Shown here: piece after piece, positions 27,895-37,457 of the stretch
Layout: each line of letters starts with the position of its first letter
Position numbering within the stretch: position 1 is the stretch's first letter
Source: an uncultured Beijerinckia sp.
GTDB lineage: Bacteria; Pseudomonadota; Alphaproteobacteria; Rhizobiales; Beijerinckiaceae
DNA: 64,000 nucleotides
Assembly: GCA_964557555.1 (NCBI GenBank)
Contig: CAZLBA010000004.1
Coordinates: forward strand, 7,667 to 71,666
Reading direction: 5' to 3'
Program-made: the position numbers and the translations under genes
The notes under the pieces: generated by a model
What the model saw: only the letters and a program-made list of their open reading frames with translations
Told to the model about the DNA's origin: nothing
Database searches by the model: none

Positions 27895-29436
27895 ATGCAT
27901 CTCATCCGTTTGCTCTCAATCTTGATCCTGCTTGGTTACAGCCTTTTTCTGGCAATTTTCGCCAAAACCGGCTTTCCACAAGGGCTCAATACAGGCGCTG
28001 CACTACCATTCGTCACCGATCAGCCTGTTGGTGAAGATGGTTATTACATGATGCTGGCGGCCTGGAATCTGGCCGAGGGACGCGGTCTCACTGCCAATTT
28101 TAACGCAATCGTGACCGGCATTCAGCCTCTCATGACGCTGGTGCTCGCAGGCCTTGCAAAGCTGGTACAAATCGCGGGCGGAGACAAGTTCGCCCTCGCA
28201 CGCGCCATGATCCTGTTTGGCGGGGTTAATCTTGCTGTCTTTGCCCTCACCATCAGCCATATTCTGCGCCTCACCATCAAGGATCGCGCACAGGCCGAAC
28301 TGGCGGCTACCCTCGGCGTCATTGCAACCTGCCTCAGCTTCTACCTCTTCCGCACCTTCACTTATGGACTGGAAACGGGACTATATCTGACACTCGTGGC
28401 CATGCTCATCGCCGCTTTGCTGCGCCAGTCAGAGATGAAATATTTCACTTGGGGCCGTGCCCTTTCGTTGGGCCTGCTTGTGGGCTTGTGCGGATTAGCG
28501 CGCATAGATTTTGGCATTCTGGCAGCGGTGGCCTTTGGCATTCTGTTCATCACGCGCCGCCTGCCCTTCACCACCTGCCTTGTTTCAGGTCTCATCGCCC
28601 TTGCTGTGACGGCCCCATGGTTCTTGTGGGTGAAGTCGGTCAGCGGCACCTATATGCCAACCTCCGGCCCTGCACAGGCAGAGATGATCAATGCAGGCAG
28701 CGCGCCGGGACGGATGGAAGCCATGCTGGCCGCAGTCGCCCAGAATATGACGCCATGGTGGCCGCTGGGTGGCTCCGCCGGCCTCGGCCTCATCGCGCTT
28801 GCTCTTCTTGCTCTTATTCTGGGGATGGCAAAAAGAGCGGGCCAAAATGCTCAACCATTCATCTTGTGGAGCTTTGTGGCCGCCTTTGCCTTGCTGCCGG
28901 TCATTTACGTTGTCTTCTTCTGGGCGGGACATTTCTATGCTCGCTACACCGCTTTGATTGTCATACCAGCCCTCATCTTCTGCTGCGCTTCTGCCTCTCA
29001 CCTTGTCTCGCAACGAAGCGGACCAGCGGCTGCGATGTTTTTGGCGATTGCCCTGCTGATCAATGGCGAAGCCATGATCAGCGCGCATCACAAGGGCGGT
29101 ATCAGTGATGGCCATGCGGTCGCTGCAGGCTATGTTGCGCGCGAATTGCCACGGGAGGCACGGGTCGGCGCATTCCAGAGCGGTGTCGTTGGCTTCTACA
29201 ATGAGAATGTGATCAATCTCGATGGCAAGGTCAATCAACCTGCCTTGCTTGCCTTGCGTGACAAGCGCATCGAAGACTATCTCGATGCAGAGAAGATCGA
29301 CTATGTCATAGACTGGGCGGGCGTCATTGAAGGTTTGATGCCACGCGCCTATCCAAACGGAGATTGGGTGAAATGCCCAAAGCCGGTCAATAATCTCGAA
29401 ACAATCTGCGTCATGCGGCGAGGAGCGAAACCGTGA
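27895..29436 (+). CDS. GT-C polytopic glycosyltransferase, AftB-like arabinofuranosyltransferase candidate
   Basis: EDGYY...WNLAEGRG loop after the first TM, GLETGL, ARIDF, C-terminal GVVGFY...VINLDGKVN; about 12 TM segments; operon context. Confidence 0.7.
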   Translation: MHLIRLLSILILLGYSLFLAIFAKTGFPQGLNTGAALPFVTDQPVGEDGYYMMLAAWNLAEGRGLTANFNAIVTGIQPLMTLVLAGLAKLVQIAGGDKFALARAMILFGGVNLAVFALTISHILRLTIKDRAQAELAATLGVIATCLSFYLFRTFTYGLETGLYLTLVAMLIAALLRQSEMKYFTWGRALSLGLLVGLCGLARIDFGILAAVAFGILFITRRLPFTTCLVSGLIALAVTAPWFLWVKSVSGTYMPTSGPAQAEMINAGSAPGRMEAMLAAVAQNMTPWWPLGGSAGLGLIALALLALILGMAKRAGQNAQPFILWSFVAAFALLPVIYVVFFWAGHFYARYTALIVIPALIFCCASASHLVSQRSGPAAAMFLAIALLINGEAMISAHHKGGISDGHAVAAGYVARELPREARVGAFQSGVVGFYNENVINLDGKVNQPALLALRDKRIEDYLDAEKIDYVIDWAGVIEGLMPRAYPNGDWVKCPKPVNNLETICVMRRGAKP

Positions 29437-30317
29437 AATCGCATCTGCCGCCTTGGTTGCTGGTTCTGCGTCCCCATCAATGGCTGAAGAATCTTCTCGT
29501 CTTTGTGCCGCTCGTCGCCTCGCATCGCTTCGAGGCAGACATCATCGTCCATTCACTTCTGGCCTTCATCGCCTTCAGTATCACCGCATCGGCCGTTTAT
29601 GTTGTGAATGATGTGAAGGATGTCGAAGCTGACAGAGCCCATCCGCGCAAACGCTTTCGTCCATTCGCCAGTGGCGCCCTGCCAGTGTCTCGCGCACCAC
29701 TGCTTCTCGCCGCCTTGCTGGTGCCGGGTTTTGCGATAGCCATTTGGACCGGTCCCCTATTTGCCGGCAGCCTCATCCTCTATCTCGCGATCAGCGGGGC
29801 TTACTCCTATCGGCTGAAGGGAGAGCCCATTCTTGACGTGTGTATTCTGGCCGGCCTCTATACGTGGCGCATCGTGGCTGGAGGATTGGCAACAGGCATC
29901 ACCCTGTCCGTGTGGCTTTTGGCATTCTCGATCTTCTTCTTCCTGGCACTGGCGGCAGTGAAGCGGCAGGCGGAATTGGTGGATCGACTCAAATGTGGCG
30001 AGGAACTGGCTCCCGGCCGCGGCTATCATGTCAGCGATCTGCCGATCATTGCAGGAATGGCCATGGCTGCAGGCTATGTGTCCGTGCTGGTGATGGCACT
30101 TTATGTCAACTCGCCCCATATTGCCGATCTCTACAAACATCCGGCCGCTCTTTGGGGCGTGTGCCTTGTCTTGCTCTACTGGATCAGCCATGTGGTACTG
30201 ACCGCGCATCGCGGGCTGATGCATGATGATCCGCTGGTCTTTGCCTTGCGCGATGGCATTAGCCGTTTTTGCGTTTTGTTAATGGCCGCTTTCCTCGCAG
30301 GGGGAACTTTTCTTTGA
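29433..30317 (+). CDS. UbiA family polyprenyl-phosphate 5-phosphoribosyltransferase (DPPR synthase/NoeC-like)
   Basis: LRPHQWLKN, VNDVKDVEADRAHPRKRFRPFASG, KRQAEL, MHDDP. Confidence 0.9.
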   Translation: MKSHLPPWLLVLRPHQWLKNLLVFVPLVASHRFEADIIVHSLLAFIAFSITASAVYVVNDVKDVEADRAHPRKRFRPFASGALPVSRAPLLLAALLVPGFAIAIWTGPLFAGSLILYLAISGAYSYRLKGEPILDVCILAGLYTWRIVAGGLATGITLSVWLLAFSIFFFLALAAVKRQAELVDRLKCGEELAPGRGYHVSDLPIIAGMAMAAGYVSVLVMALYVNSPHIADLYKHPAALWGVCLVLLYWISHVVLTAHRGLMHDDPLVFALRDGISRFCVLLMAAFLAGGTFL

Positions 30318-30730
30318 GCACTAGCCAGCTCATCTTTCGTTATGCAGCCTTTGCGGTGATAGCGACCCTGGCCAATCTCGGTGCGCAGCGTTTGGTGCTG
30401 GCATGGGACAGCACCGCCACGGGCTATGCCATCGCGGTGATCTGCGGCACAGGCATCGGCCTCGTGGTCAAATTCCTGCTCGATCGCCGCTGGATCTTTT
30501 TCGAAAAGAACCATGAACTCGCGCAGCAGAGCCGCCAATTCACGCTTTATGCCAGCACCGGAATCCTCACCACGCTCCTGTTCTGGACAAGTGAAACGCT
30601 CTTCTGGTGGATTGGCGGCAGTGATGCTGCCCGCGAGCTGGGCGCCATCATCGGTCTCGCCATCGGCTACGTGGTGAAGTATCGTCTCGACCGTCGATTT
30701 GTTTTCACCGATCAGGCGAGGCCCTCATGA
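30314..30730 (+). CDS. GtrA family membrane protein
   Basis: Four-TM protein with duplicated KFLLDRRWIF/KYRLDRRFVF motifs; TTG start overlapping the upstream stop. Confidence 0.85.
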   Translation: MSTSQLIFRYAAFAVIATLANLGAQRLVLAWDSTATGYAIAVICGTGIGLVVKFLLDRRWIFFEKNHELAQQSRQFTLYASTGILTTLLFWTSETLFWWIGGSDAARELGAIIGLAIGYVVKYRLDRRFVFTDQARPS

Positions 30731-32040
30731 AGCTCGCTGGATGGGGGCTTTACCCCACGGCCGAGTGTCGCTTGCTGCAGCCGCGCGATGTTGCGCAGAT
30801 CCGCGCCGCGCTGGCGCAAGGCCCATTGATTGCGCGCGGCAATGGGCGCGCTTATGGCGACAGTGCTCTCAACACAGACCAGACCGTTGATATGCGCGCT
30901 TTTCAGCGTATGCTGTCTTTCGATGATGTGAGTGGTCAGCTCGTTGCAGAGGCCGGCACATTGCTCAGCGACATTATTGAGGTCTTTTTGCCACGTGGAT
31001 GGTTTCCTGCTGTGACGCCGGGCACCCGTTACGTCACACTGGGCGGCATGGTGGCAGCCGACATACACGGCAAGAACCATCATGGCTTTGGTGGTATGCG
31101 CGCCTGCCTCGACTGGATTGATCTTTTATGCGCAGATGGAGAGATCAGGCGCTGCAGCCAGCAAGAAAATGTCGCCTTGTTTGACTGGACCTGTGGCGGC
31201 ATGGGACTAACCGGGATTATCTTGCGTGTTGCTTTGCGCTTGCAGCGCGTCGAAAGCGGATGGATCAACCAGACAAGTCATGTCGCGCGCAATCTTGATG
31301 AGGTAATGGCCCTCTTCGAGACATATGACAGCGCAACTTATTCCGTCGCATGGATTGATTGCCTGGCAAGTGGAGAAGCTCTTGGCCGCTCAATCCTGAT
31401 GCTGGGCGAACATGCAAAGCGTCAAGATTTGCCGCAGGGCAACGATGTGTTTCCGCGCGCACGCAAAGCGCTTTCTGTCCCTTTGGCTCCACCTGCAATC
31501 ATGCTCAATCGCTGGACCATGCGCGGCTTCAATGAGCTTTACTATCAGCTCGGATCACGCAAGGCTGGCCGGTCCCTCGCAAATTGGGAAGATTACTTCT
31601 ATCCGCTTGATAAATTACTGCATTGGAACAGGCTCTATGGTCGCAATGGCTTTGTGCAGTTTCAATGCGTGCTGCCACATGCAACAGCCAAAGCCGGCCT
31701 GAAGGCTCTTTTGCAGAAAACAGCAGAACGGGGACTTGGATCCTTTCTGGCTGTGTTGAAAAAAATGGGAAAGGATACAGGTGCTTTCTCTTTCCCCATG
31801 GAGGGCTATACTTTAGCGCTGGATTTCCCTGTCTCTCCGGAAGTTCTGACACTTCTCGAGTCGCTTGATGAAATTGTCATCGAATATGGCGGGCGTTTTT
31901 ATCTTGCCAAAGATGCGCGTATGACTGCAGATCGTTTGATCCGCGCCGATCAGCGCGCAGGTTTTTTTAAATCCATGCGGTCAACCGAAGGGCTGGCCCC
32001 TCATTTTCAATCGCTTCAATCTACGAGGTTGCAACTGTGA
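30727..32040 (+). CDS. dprE1: Polyprenylphosphoryl-beta-D-ribose 2'-oxidase-like FAD oxidoreductase
   Basis: IARGNGRAYGD, VTPGT, DIHGKNHH, GGMGLTG, YSVAWID, FYPLD, YLAKD. Confidence 0.88.
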   Translation: MKLAGWGLYPTAECRLLQPRDVAQIRAALAQGPLIARGNGRAYGDSALNTDQTVDMRAFQRMLSFDDVSGQLVAEAGTLLSDIIEVFLPRGWFPAVTPGTRYVTLGGMVAADIHGKNHHGFGGMRACLDWIDLLCADGEIRRCSQQENVALFDWTCGGMGLTGIILRVALRLQRVESGWINQTSHVARNLDEVMALFETYDSATYSVAWIDCLASGEALGRSILMLGEHAKRQDLPQGNDVFPRARKALSVPLAPPAIMLNRWTMRGFNELYYQLGSRKAGRSLANWEDYFYPLDKLLHWNRLYGRNGFVQFQCVLPHATAKAGLKALLQKTAERGLGSFLAVLKKMGKDTGAFSFPMEGYTLALDFPVSPEVLTLLESLDEIVIEYGGRFYLAKDARMTADRLIRADQRAGFFKSMRSTEGLAPHFQSLQSTRLQL

Positions 32041-32774
32041 CATCAGCACCCGTTCTCATTCTTGGCGGTTACTCGGATATCGGCCTCGCCATCGCTCATC
32101 GTTTCGCGGCACAGGGGCATCCCATCCAGCTGGCTGCGCGGCAAATCCACCGCCTTGCGGATGATGCGCGCGACATCCAAACACGCCATCGCGTGACAGT
32201 TGAGCTAATCGAATTCGACATTCTGGCAAGTGACCGGTTTGAGACCTTCATCACCTCGCTTCCGGCCGCGCCAGAAACAGTTGTCTGTGTCGTTGGTCTC
32301 CTTGGCAAGCAAGAAGAGAGCGAACAGGATTGGCGCGCGGCTGAGCAGGTTTTGCGCAGCAATTTTGAAGGGCCTGCCCTGATACTGGGACTGTTCGCCA
32401 ACCGCTTCGAGACAGCAGGAAGAGGCACAATCATCGGTGTCAGTTCCGTAGCAGGCGACCGCGGACGCGCGACCAATTATGTTTATGGATCCGCCAAGGC
32501 CGGTTTCACGGCTTTCCTCTCAGGCCTGCGCAACCGGCTCGCCAAAAAGGGCGTGAAGGTGGTGACTGTGCTGCCCGGCTTTGTTGCCACCCGCATGACT
32601 GCGGAGATGAAACTACCAAGGGCTCTGACGACATCACCGCAACATGTGGCCGAAGCCGTTGCACAGGCCGTGCAGAAGAACCGCGACGTGATCTATGTTG
32701 CCCCCATATGGCGCCTGATCATGTTCGTCATCCGCCATTTGCCCGAAACGATCTTCAAGCGGTTGCGCATCTGA
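32037..32774 (+). CDS. dprE2: DprE2-like short-chain reductase
   Basis: ILGGYSDIG, SSVAGDRGRATNYVYGSAKAG; directly follows dprE1. Confidence 0.85.
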   Translation: MTSAPVLILGGYSDIGLAIAHRFAAQGHPIQLAARQIHRLADDARDIQTRHRVTVELIEFDILASDRFETFITSLPAAPETVVCVVGLLGKQEESEQDWRAAEQVLRSNFEGPALILGLFANRFETAGRGTIIGVSSVAGDRGRATNYVYGSAKAGFTAFLSGLRNRLAKKGVKVVTVLPGFVATRMTAEMKLPRALTTSPQHVAEAVAQAVQKNRDVIYVAPIWRLIMFVIRHLPETIFKRLRI

Positions 32775-32844
32775 TTTTTCCTGCCGGTTTGACCGCTACC
32801 GTTTGGGGTGACAGGATGGCGGAAAATAATCGGGAGGAGACGAA

Positions 32845-33813
32845 ATGCGCTTGCTTGCAGCATTATGCTTTATGGCGGCTGCCTTGGGCGGACAAGCAGC
32901 CCAAGCTCAGGATTCAGCCTGGCCTAACCAACCCGTACGCGTCATCGTACCTTTTCCAGCAGGCGGCCCAGCCGATATCATTGCACGCTTCGTAAGCGAG
33001 CGACTGGCACAAACATTCGGCCAATCTTTCATCATCGAAAACAGGCCGGGCGCCAATACAGCCATTGCCGCTGCACAAGTCGCCAAAGCGCCCGCCAATG
33101 GCTACACGCTTCTTGTGGTGATGGATGTCACCATGGTGCTCAATCCGCTAACGGTGAAAAATCTCTCCTATGACCCGGTACGCGATTTTGCCCCCATCAG
33201 CCTGCTGGCCAAGAATGCAACCCTGCTGACAGTACATGCAGACGGGCCAAAGTCCGTGGCGGAACTCGTAGCCAAGGCAAAGGCAACGCCATCGAAGCTC
33301 AATTTTGGCGCAGGCATTTTGACCACTCGTCTGGCCGGTGAACTCTTTGCGCGCGAAAGTGGCTTCTCCGTCCAATATGTGCCTTTCCAGGGCAGCCCAC
33401 CCACCGTGCAAGCCCTGCTGTCAAAGTCGGTGGATTTCATCATTGACGGGCAGGCATCAAGCTTACCACTGATACAGGCTGGCACATTCCGTGCGCTTGC
33501 CAAATCAAACCGTGCCCCCGTTCCGCCACTGCCCCATCTCAAAAGCCTTGCTGAAGAAACGGGATCGGCCGCGCTTGAAGACATCTCGACATGGATTGGC
33601 CTTGTAGCCCCCACTGGCACGCCGCAACCCATCATCGACAAATTGCAAGCGCAGATCGCCCGGATTTATGCTGAACCGGGAATGAGTGCGCGCCTGCTTG
33701 ATATCGGGATCACACCTGCAGCGAATAAACCAGCCGAGTTCATCGACTTCATGCGCAATGAATCACAACGCTGGAGCAAGGTCATCCGTGACAGTGGCAT
33801 CGAGCTGAATTGA
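32845..33813 (+). CDS. Bug/TctC substrate-binding protein
   Basis: WPNQPVRVIVPFPAGGPAD, IENRPGA. Confidence 0.93.
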   Translation: MRLLAALCFMAAALGGQAAQAQDSAWPNQPVRVIVPFPAGGPADIIARFVSERLAQTFGQSFIIENRPGANTAIAAAQVAKAPANGYTLLVVMDVTMVLNPLTVKNLSYDPVRDFAPISLLAKNATLLTVHADGPKSVAELVAKAKATPSKLNFGAGILTTRLAGELFARESGFSVQYVPFQGSPPTVQALLSKSVDFIIDGQASSLPLIQAGTFRALAKSNRAPVPPLPHLKSLAEETGSAALEDISTWIGLVAPTGTPQPIIDKLQAQIARIYAEPGMSARLLDIGITPAANKPAEFIDFMRNESQRWSKVIRDSGIELN

Positions 33814-33828
33814 GAAGAGGCGGCTCTG

Positions 33829-33855
33829 AGGGCGATGGCAAAACCATCGCCCTTT
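33829..33855. terminator. Terminator hairpin between convergent genes
   Basis: AGGGCGATGG-CAAAA-CCATCGCCCT followed by TT. Confidence 0.7.
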
Positions 33856-33865
33856 CGCGCAGCCC

Positions 33866-35221
33866 CTATCGCAGGCCTCTGCGCGTAGACAGATCAGGCG
33901 GCCGCCGCAATCCAAGATTTTCGCGCAGCGTCTTGCCTTCATAGTCTGTATGAAACAAGCCTCGACGCTGTAGCTCCGGGATAAGCTTATTGACGACATC
34001 CTTGTAGGAAGTCGGCACATCGCTCGGCAAAATGTTGAAACCATCCGCCCCACGCTCAAGGAACCACGACTCCAGCTCATCGGCAATTTGTTTGACAGAG
34101 CCAATCAACGTCCAATGATGCTTGGCTGCGGCAGAGCGCATGGCCACCTGACGCAGTGTCAGGCCCTCGCGACGAGCCAGCGTGATATAGCTTTCAACAG
34201 CACTTACGCGCGCATTATTGACCGGAATGTCGGGCAAAGGTGCATCAAGATCATACTGTGATAGATCGACCCCACCCAGATTGGCAGACAAGCGCTGCAT
34301 AGCAACCCGCAGTGGAATCAAACTATTCATCATATCGAATTTTTCTTTGGCCTCCGTTTCGGTGTCAGCCATGAAAAGCAAGGCACCCGGCATGATGAGA
34401 ATGTCATCCGGCGTCCGACCGAACTGACCACAGCGGCCCTTTACGTTGTTGTAAAAGGTTTGGGCGTTTTGCAGGTTCGATTGTGAGGTGAAAATGACAT
34501 CAGCAACACGCGCGGAGATATTCATTCCGGGCTCGGACGATCCGGCCTGAATAAGCACCGGATGACCCTGGGGTGAGCGAGGCACGGCCGATGGACCGCG
34601 AACTTTGAAATATTTGCCTGAATGATTGAGCAAATGAACCCCATCGGGGCGCATGTAAACACCGCTTTTCTTGTCGCGCGGAAACGCATCATCGTCATAG
34701 CTATCCCAGATGCCGCGCACCACATCGACAAACTCTTCAGCTCGCTCATATCGCTCGGCATGAGGGACATGCTGTTCACGATTGAACTGAAGAGCATCAT
34801 CCTTGTTACTGCCCGTTACAATGTTCCATGCTGCGCGCCCTCCAGAGACATGATCGAGCGAGGCAACGGTACGAGCTAAATTATATGGCTCCAGATAAGT
34901 CGTGGTCATGGTTGAGGCGAGCCCGACATGCTTCGTCATCATCGACACAGCCGACAAGATCGGAATGGGATCCATGCGGTCAATGCGTGATGTCAGGCTT
35001 TGCGTTTCGAAATCATCCGTACCGGGCGGACTTGCAGCATCAGCAATGAAGAGCATATGCATCTTGCCACGCTCAATCGTCTGTGCCGCCTCAATCCAAC
35101 GCTGGATATTCTGGCCACCATCACATGTTGAGCCAGGCAGGCGCCAACCAGCCATGTGGTAATTGCCGTCACCCGTCAAAAAGAGCGACAGCTTCATCTG
35201 ACGTTTCATTGTCTCTGCCAT
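33866..35221 (-). CDS. LLM-class flavin monooxygenase, NtaA/DszA/SnaA family
   Basis: LFIAD, SLDHVSGGRAAWNIVT, PQGHPVLIQAGSS, PELQRRGLF...TLRENLG. Confidence 0.92.
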   Translation of the reverse strand: MAETMKRQMKLSLFLTGDGNYHMAGWRLPGSTCDGGQNIQRWIEAAQTIERGKMHMLFIADAASPPGTDDFETQSLTSRIDRMDPIPILSAVSMMTKHVGLASTMTTTYLEPYNLARTVASLDHVSGGRAAWNIVTGSNKDDALQFNREQHVPHAERYERAEEFVDVVRGIWDSYDDDAFPRDKKSGVYMRPDGVHLLNHSGKYFKVRGPSAVPRSPQGHPVLIQAGSSEPGMNISARVADVIFTSQSNLQNAQTFYNNVKGRCGQFGRTPDDILIMPGALLFMADTETEAKEKFDMMNSLIPLRVAMQRLSANLGGVDLSQYDLDAPLPDIPVNNARVSAVESYITLARREGLTLRQVAMRSAAAKHHWTLIGSVKQIADELESWFLERGADGFNILPSDVPTSYKDVVNKLIPELQRRGLFHTDYEGKTLRENLGLRRPPDLSTRRGLR

Positions 35222-35263
35222 TTCTGCATTCCGTTCCCGTTTGCTAGACCAAGGTGCAACGCC

Positions 35264-36262
35264 TCAACGCGGGTTTGTTGATTCTTGCTGAAGGCCCAAT
35301 TTGCCGATCACAGTGCGCCAACGCTGCAAATCTGTTGCAAGTCGCTTGTCCATATCTTCAGGGGCGCCAATAGCTGCCTCCATGCCCAATTGCCTAAACC
35401 GGTCCTGCACATCGGGCAGCTTCAATACGGCGATAATTTCCCGATTGAGCTGGTTGATGATCTCGCGTGGCGTTCCGGCAGGCGCTGACACACCATTCCA
35501 TGAGGTCACGATATAGTCGATCCCACTTTCTGTGACGGTCGGCGTATCGGGTGTCAGTGCGGATCGCTTCTCACCTGCTGAAGCAATGAGCTTGAGCTGC
35601 TTATCTGCAAGTGAGGGAGCGAAAGCTGCAAGATAGTCAAAGCCCACATCAATATCACCGCGGGTAAGCGCATGAATCAGCTCCGGTGAGCTTTTATAAG
35701 GCACCACGGTCGCCTCACTTCCGATCACGGCGCGAAACATATCTGCAGCCAAATTTTGCGTGCTACCTGCCGAAATGGCACCGAAGTTCAGTTTGCGTGG
35801 ATTGGCGCGGTCATAATCAACCAGCTGCTTCACCGTGTTCAGAGAGCCTGCTGTGCGCGTGGCCAGCAACAGGTCAAATTGCGCCAGCATGGAGACAGAG
35901 GTGAAATCTTTCGCAAGATCATAAGGCAGTGATTTGAAAAGCGACGCGCTGATTGTATAGCTGTTGCCAACTTGCAAAAGTGTATAGCCATCCGGGGTCG
36001 CCGTCTTGCCGGCCATCGCTGAGTTAATGCCGCCTGCACCGGGTCTATTTTCGATTACGAACTGCATGCCCGTGCGTTCACTAACCTTACCCGTCACAAG
36101 CCGAAAGGTAATGTCACCAATGCCGCCTGCGGCAAAAGGCAGGAAGATGCGCACTGGTTTGTTGGGGTATTGGGCCATGGCCTCCCCACTCATGCCCGCT
36201 ATAAAGAAGGCTCCAGCTGCAGCCAAGAGACTCATTCGTCGCGACATTGCAATTGCGGCCAT
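35264..36262 (-). CDS. Bug/TctC substrate-binding protein
   Basis: YPNKPVRIFLPFAAGGIGD, IENRPGAGG. Confidence 0.93.
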   Translation of the reverse strand: MAAIAMSRRMSLLAAAGAFFIAGMSGEAMAQYPNKPVRIFLPFAAGGIGDITFRLVTGKVSERTGMQFVIENRPGAGGINSAMAGKTATPDGYTLLQVGNSYTISASLFKSLPYDLAKDFTSVSMLAQFDLLLATRTAGSLNTVKQLVDYDRANPRKLNFGAISAGSTQNLAADMFRAVIGSEATVVPYKSSPELIHALTRGDIDVGFDYLAAFAPSLADKQLKLIASAGEKRSALTPDTPTVTESGIDYIVTSWNGVSAPAGTPREIINQLNREIIAVLKLPDVQDRFRQLGMEAAIGAPEDMDKRLATDLQRWRTVIGKLGLQQESTNPR

Positions 36263-36352
36263 GTGAATTTCCTCCCATCTGATTTGCGGCTGTCGATCAC
36301 CGCTTCTACTTTATAATTAAAGGGCCAAGATGACTTGGTCCAGCCAATCCGC

Positions 36353-37330
36353 TCAGAGCTTTGACGGATCGAAAAAAGCCTGTTCGAGCGGCACGCGGCG
36401 CGGGATCATCTGCTGCTTGAAGGCCGTGTCCTCCAGCTTCAGAATTGTCGGCAAATTGGCTTCCATCCCATAGGGCAAGGGATCCTCACCCACGATATGA
36501 GTCAATGCTCGATACCGCTGATCTGTCGGCGTATCAGCTTCACCTGAATGCAAACGTTTCAACCAAAGCTGCTTGGCCTGATCGAAAGCATCATACAGAG
36601 AGCGCGCCACCCATGGATGTTCCTGCAGAACAGAATCTTTAACGACAATCGTTCCATGCATGGGATATATGCCTGTTTGTCGATACCACTGCGCCTCAAG
36701 TTCAGTAGCGTTGGGAAAAAGGTCAGGATAGCCCTGTGCCTGAACCTGCTTCCACCCACCCGTAGGGGCGCCTGCGCGACCGATGCCTGCATTGCCATCA
36801 AAGCCAGCTGCCAATTCACCGCGTTCCATCATCTCAACAAGCGACCGACCTTCAGGTGCATGAATAACATTAGGCGGCAGCTGCAACTGCGTCACATGTT
36901 CCTCATCATCAACCACCCATGTGACCTTGCTGGCGTCAAGTCCGTAATCATCAATGAGAATGCCGCGCGTCCATACGCCCGTGGTGACCGAATAGGCACG
37001 TACGCCAACTTTCTTGCCTTCGAGATCTTTCGGTACGCGAATACCAGAGTCGGGATGAAGAAGCAGACCACCATGATGGAAACGGCGGAAAATGAAGATC
37101 GGCAACGCACAAAAAGGTGCGCCATAGGCGCGTGCGATCATATAGGTGGTCGGCGCCAATTCGCAGACATCGAACTCGACCTGTCGCACCATACGCCGAA
37201 AGGCGGCAATCTGCGGTACGACGCGAATGAATTCGGCCTCAACCCCCTCGATCTCGACGCGGCCATTCAAAAGATCCGCTGTGTGCGGATATTCTGCAAT
37301 GGCGAGCGTCAGATGAAGCTTCTTTGACAT
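36353..37330 (-). CDS. 4,5-dihydroxyphthalate decarboxylase-like protein (OphC family, SBP fold)
   Basis: FDVCELA, RRFHH, AYSVTTGVWTRG, IYPMHG, DPLPYG; no signal peptide. Confidence 0.82.
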   Translation of the reverse strand: MSKKLHLTLAIAEYPHTADLLNGRVEIEGVEAEFIRVVPQIAAFRRMVRQVEFDVCELAPTTYMIARAYGAPFCALPIFIFRRFHHGGLLLHPDSGIRVPKDLEGKKVGVRAYSVTTGVWTRGILIDDYGLDASKVTWVVDDEEHVTQLQLPPNVIHAPEGRSLVEMMERGELAAGFDGNAGIGRAGAPTGGWKQVQAQGYPDLFPNATELEAQWYRQTGIYPMHGTIVVKDSVLQEHPWVARSLYDAFDQAKQLWLKRLHSGEADTPTDQRYRALTHIVGEDPLPYGMEANLPTILKLEDTAFKQQMIPRRVPLEQAFFDPSKL

Positions 37331-37457
37331 TCTTTTCCCCCAGGGGTTCTTTTACGAGACTGCGACCCGTTACACTCAACTAGCCTGAAAAGGACGAATG
37401 AAAAAGAGCGACAGGCCAAGCACTGCCGCTCTTACTGGAATGGCAGCTGCGGTGCCC

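Noticed and set aside
27895-32774. Calling this the Nod-factor arabinosylation locus noeCHOP
   Set aside because: No nod genes or nod box seen, and a GtrA gene is included; the acceptor cannot be inferred.
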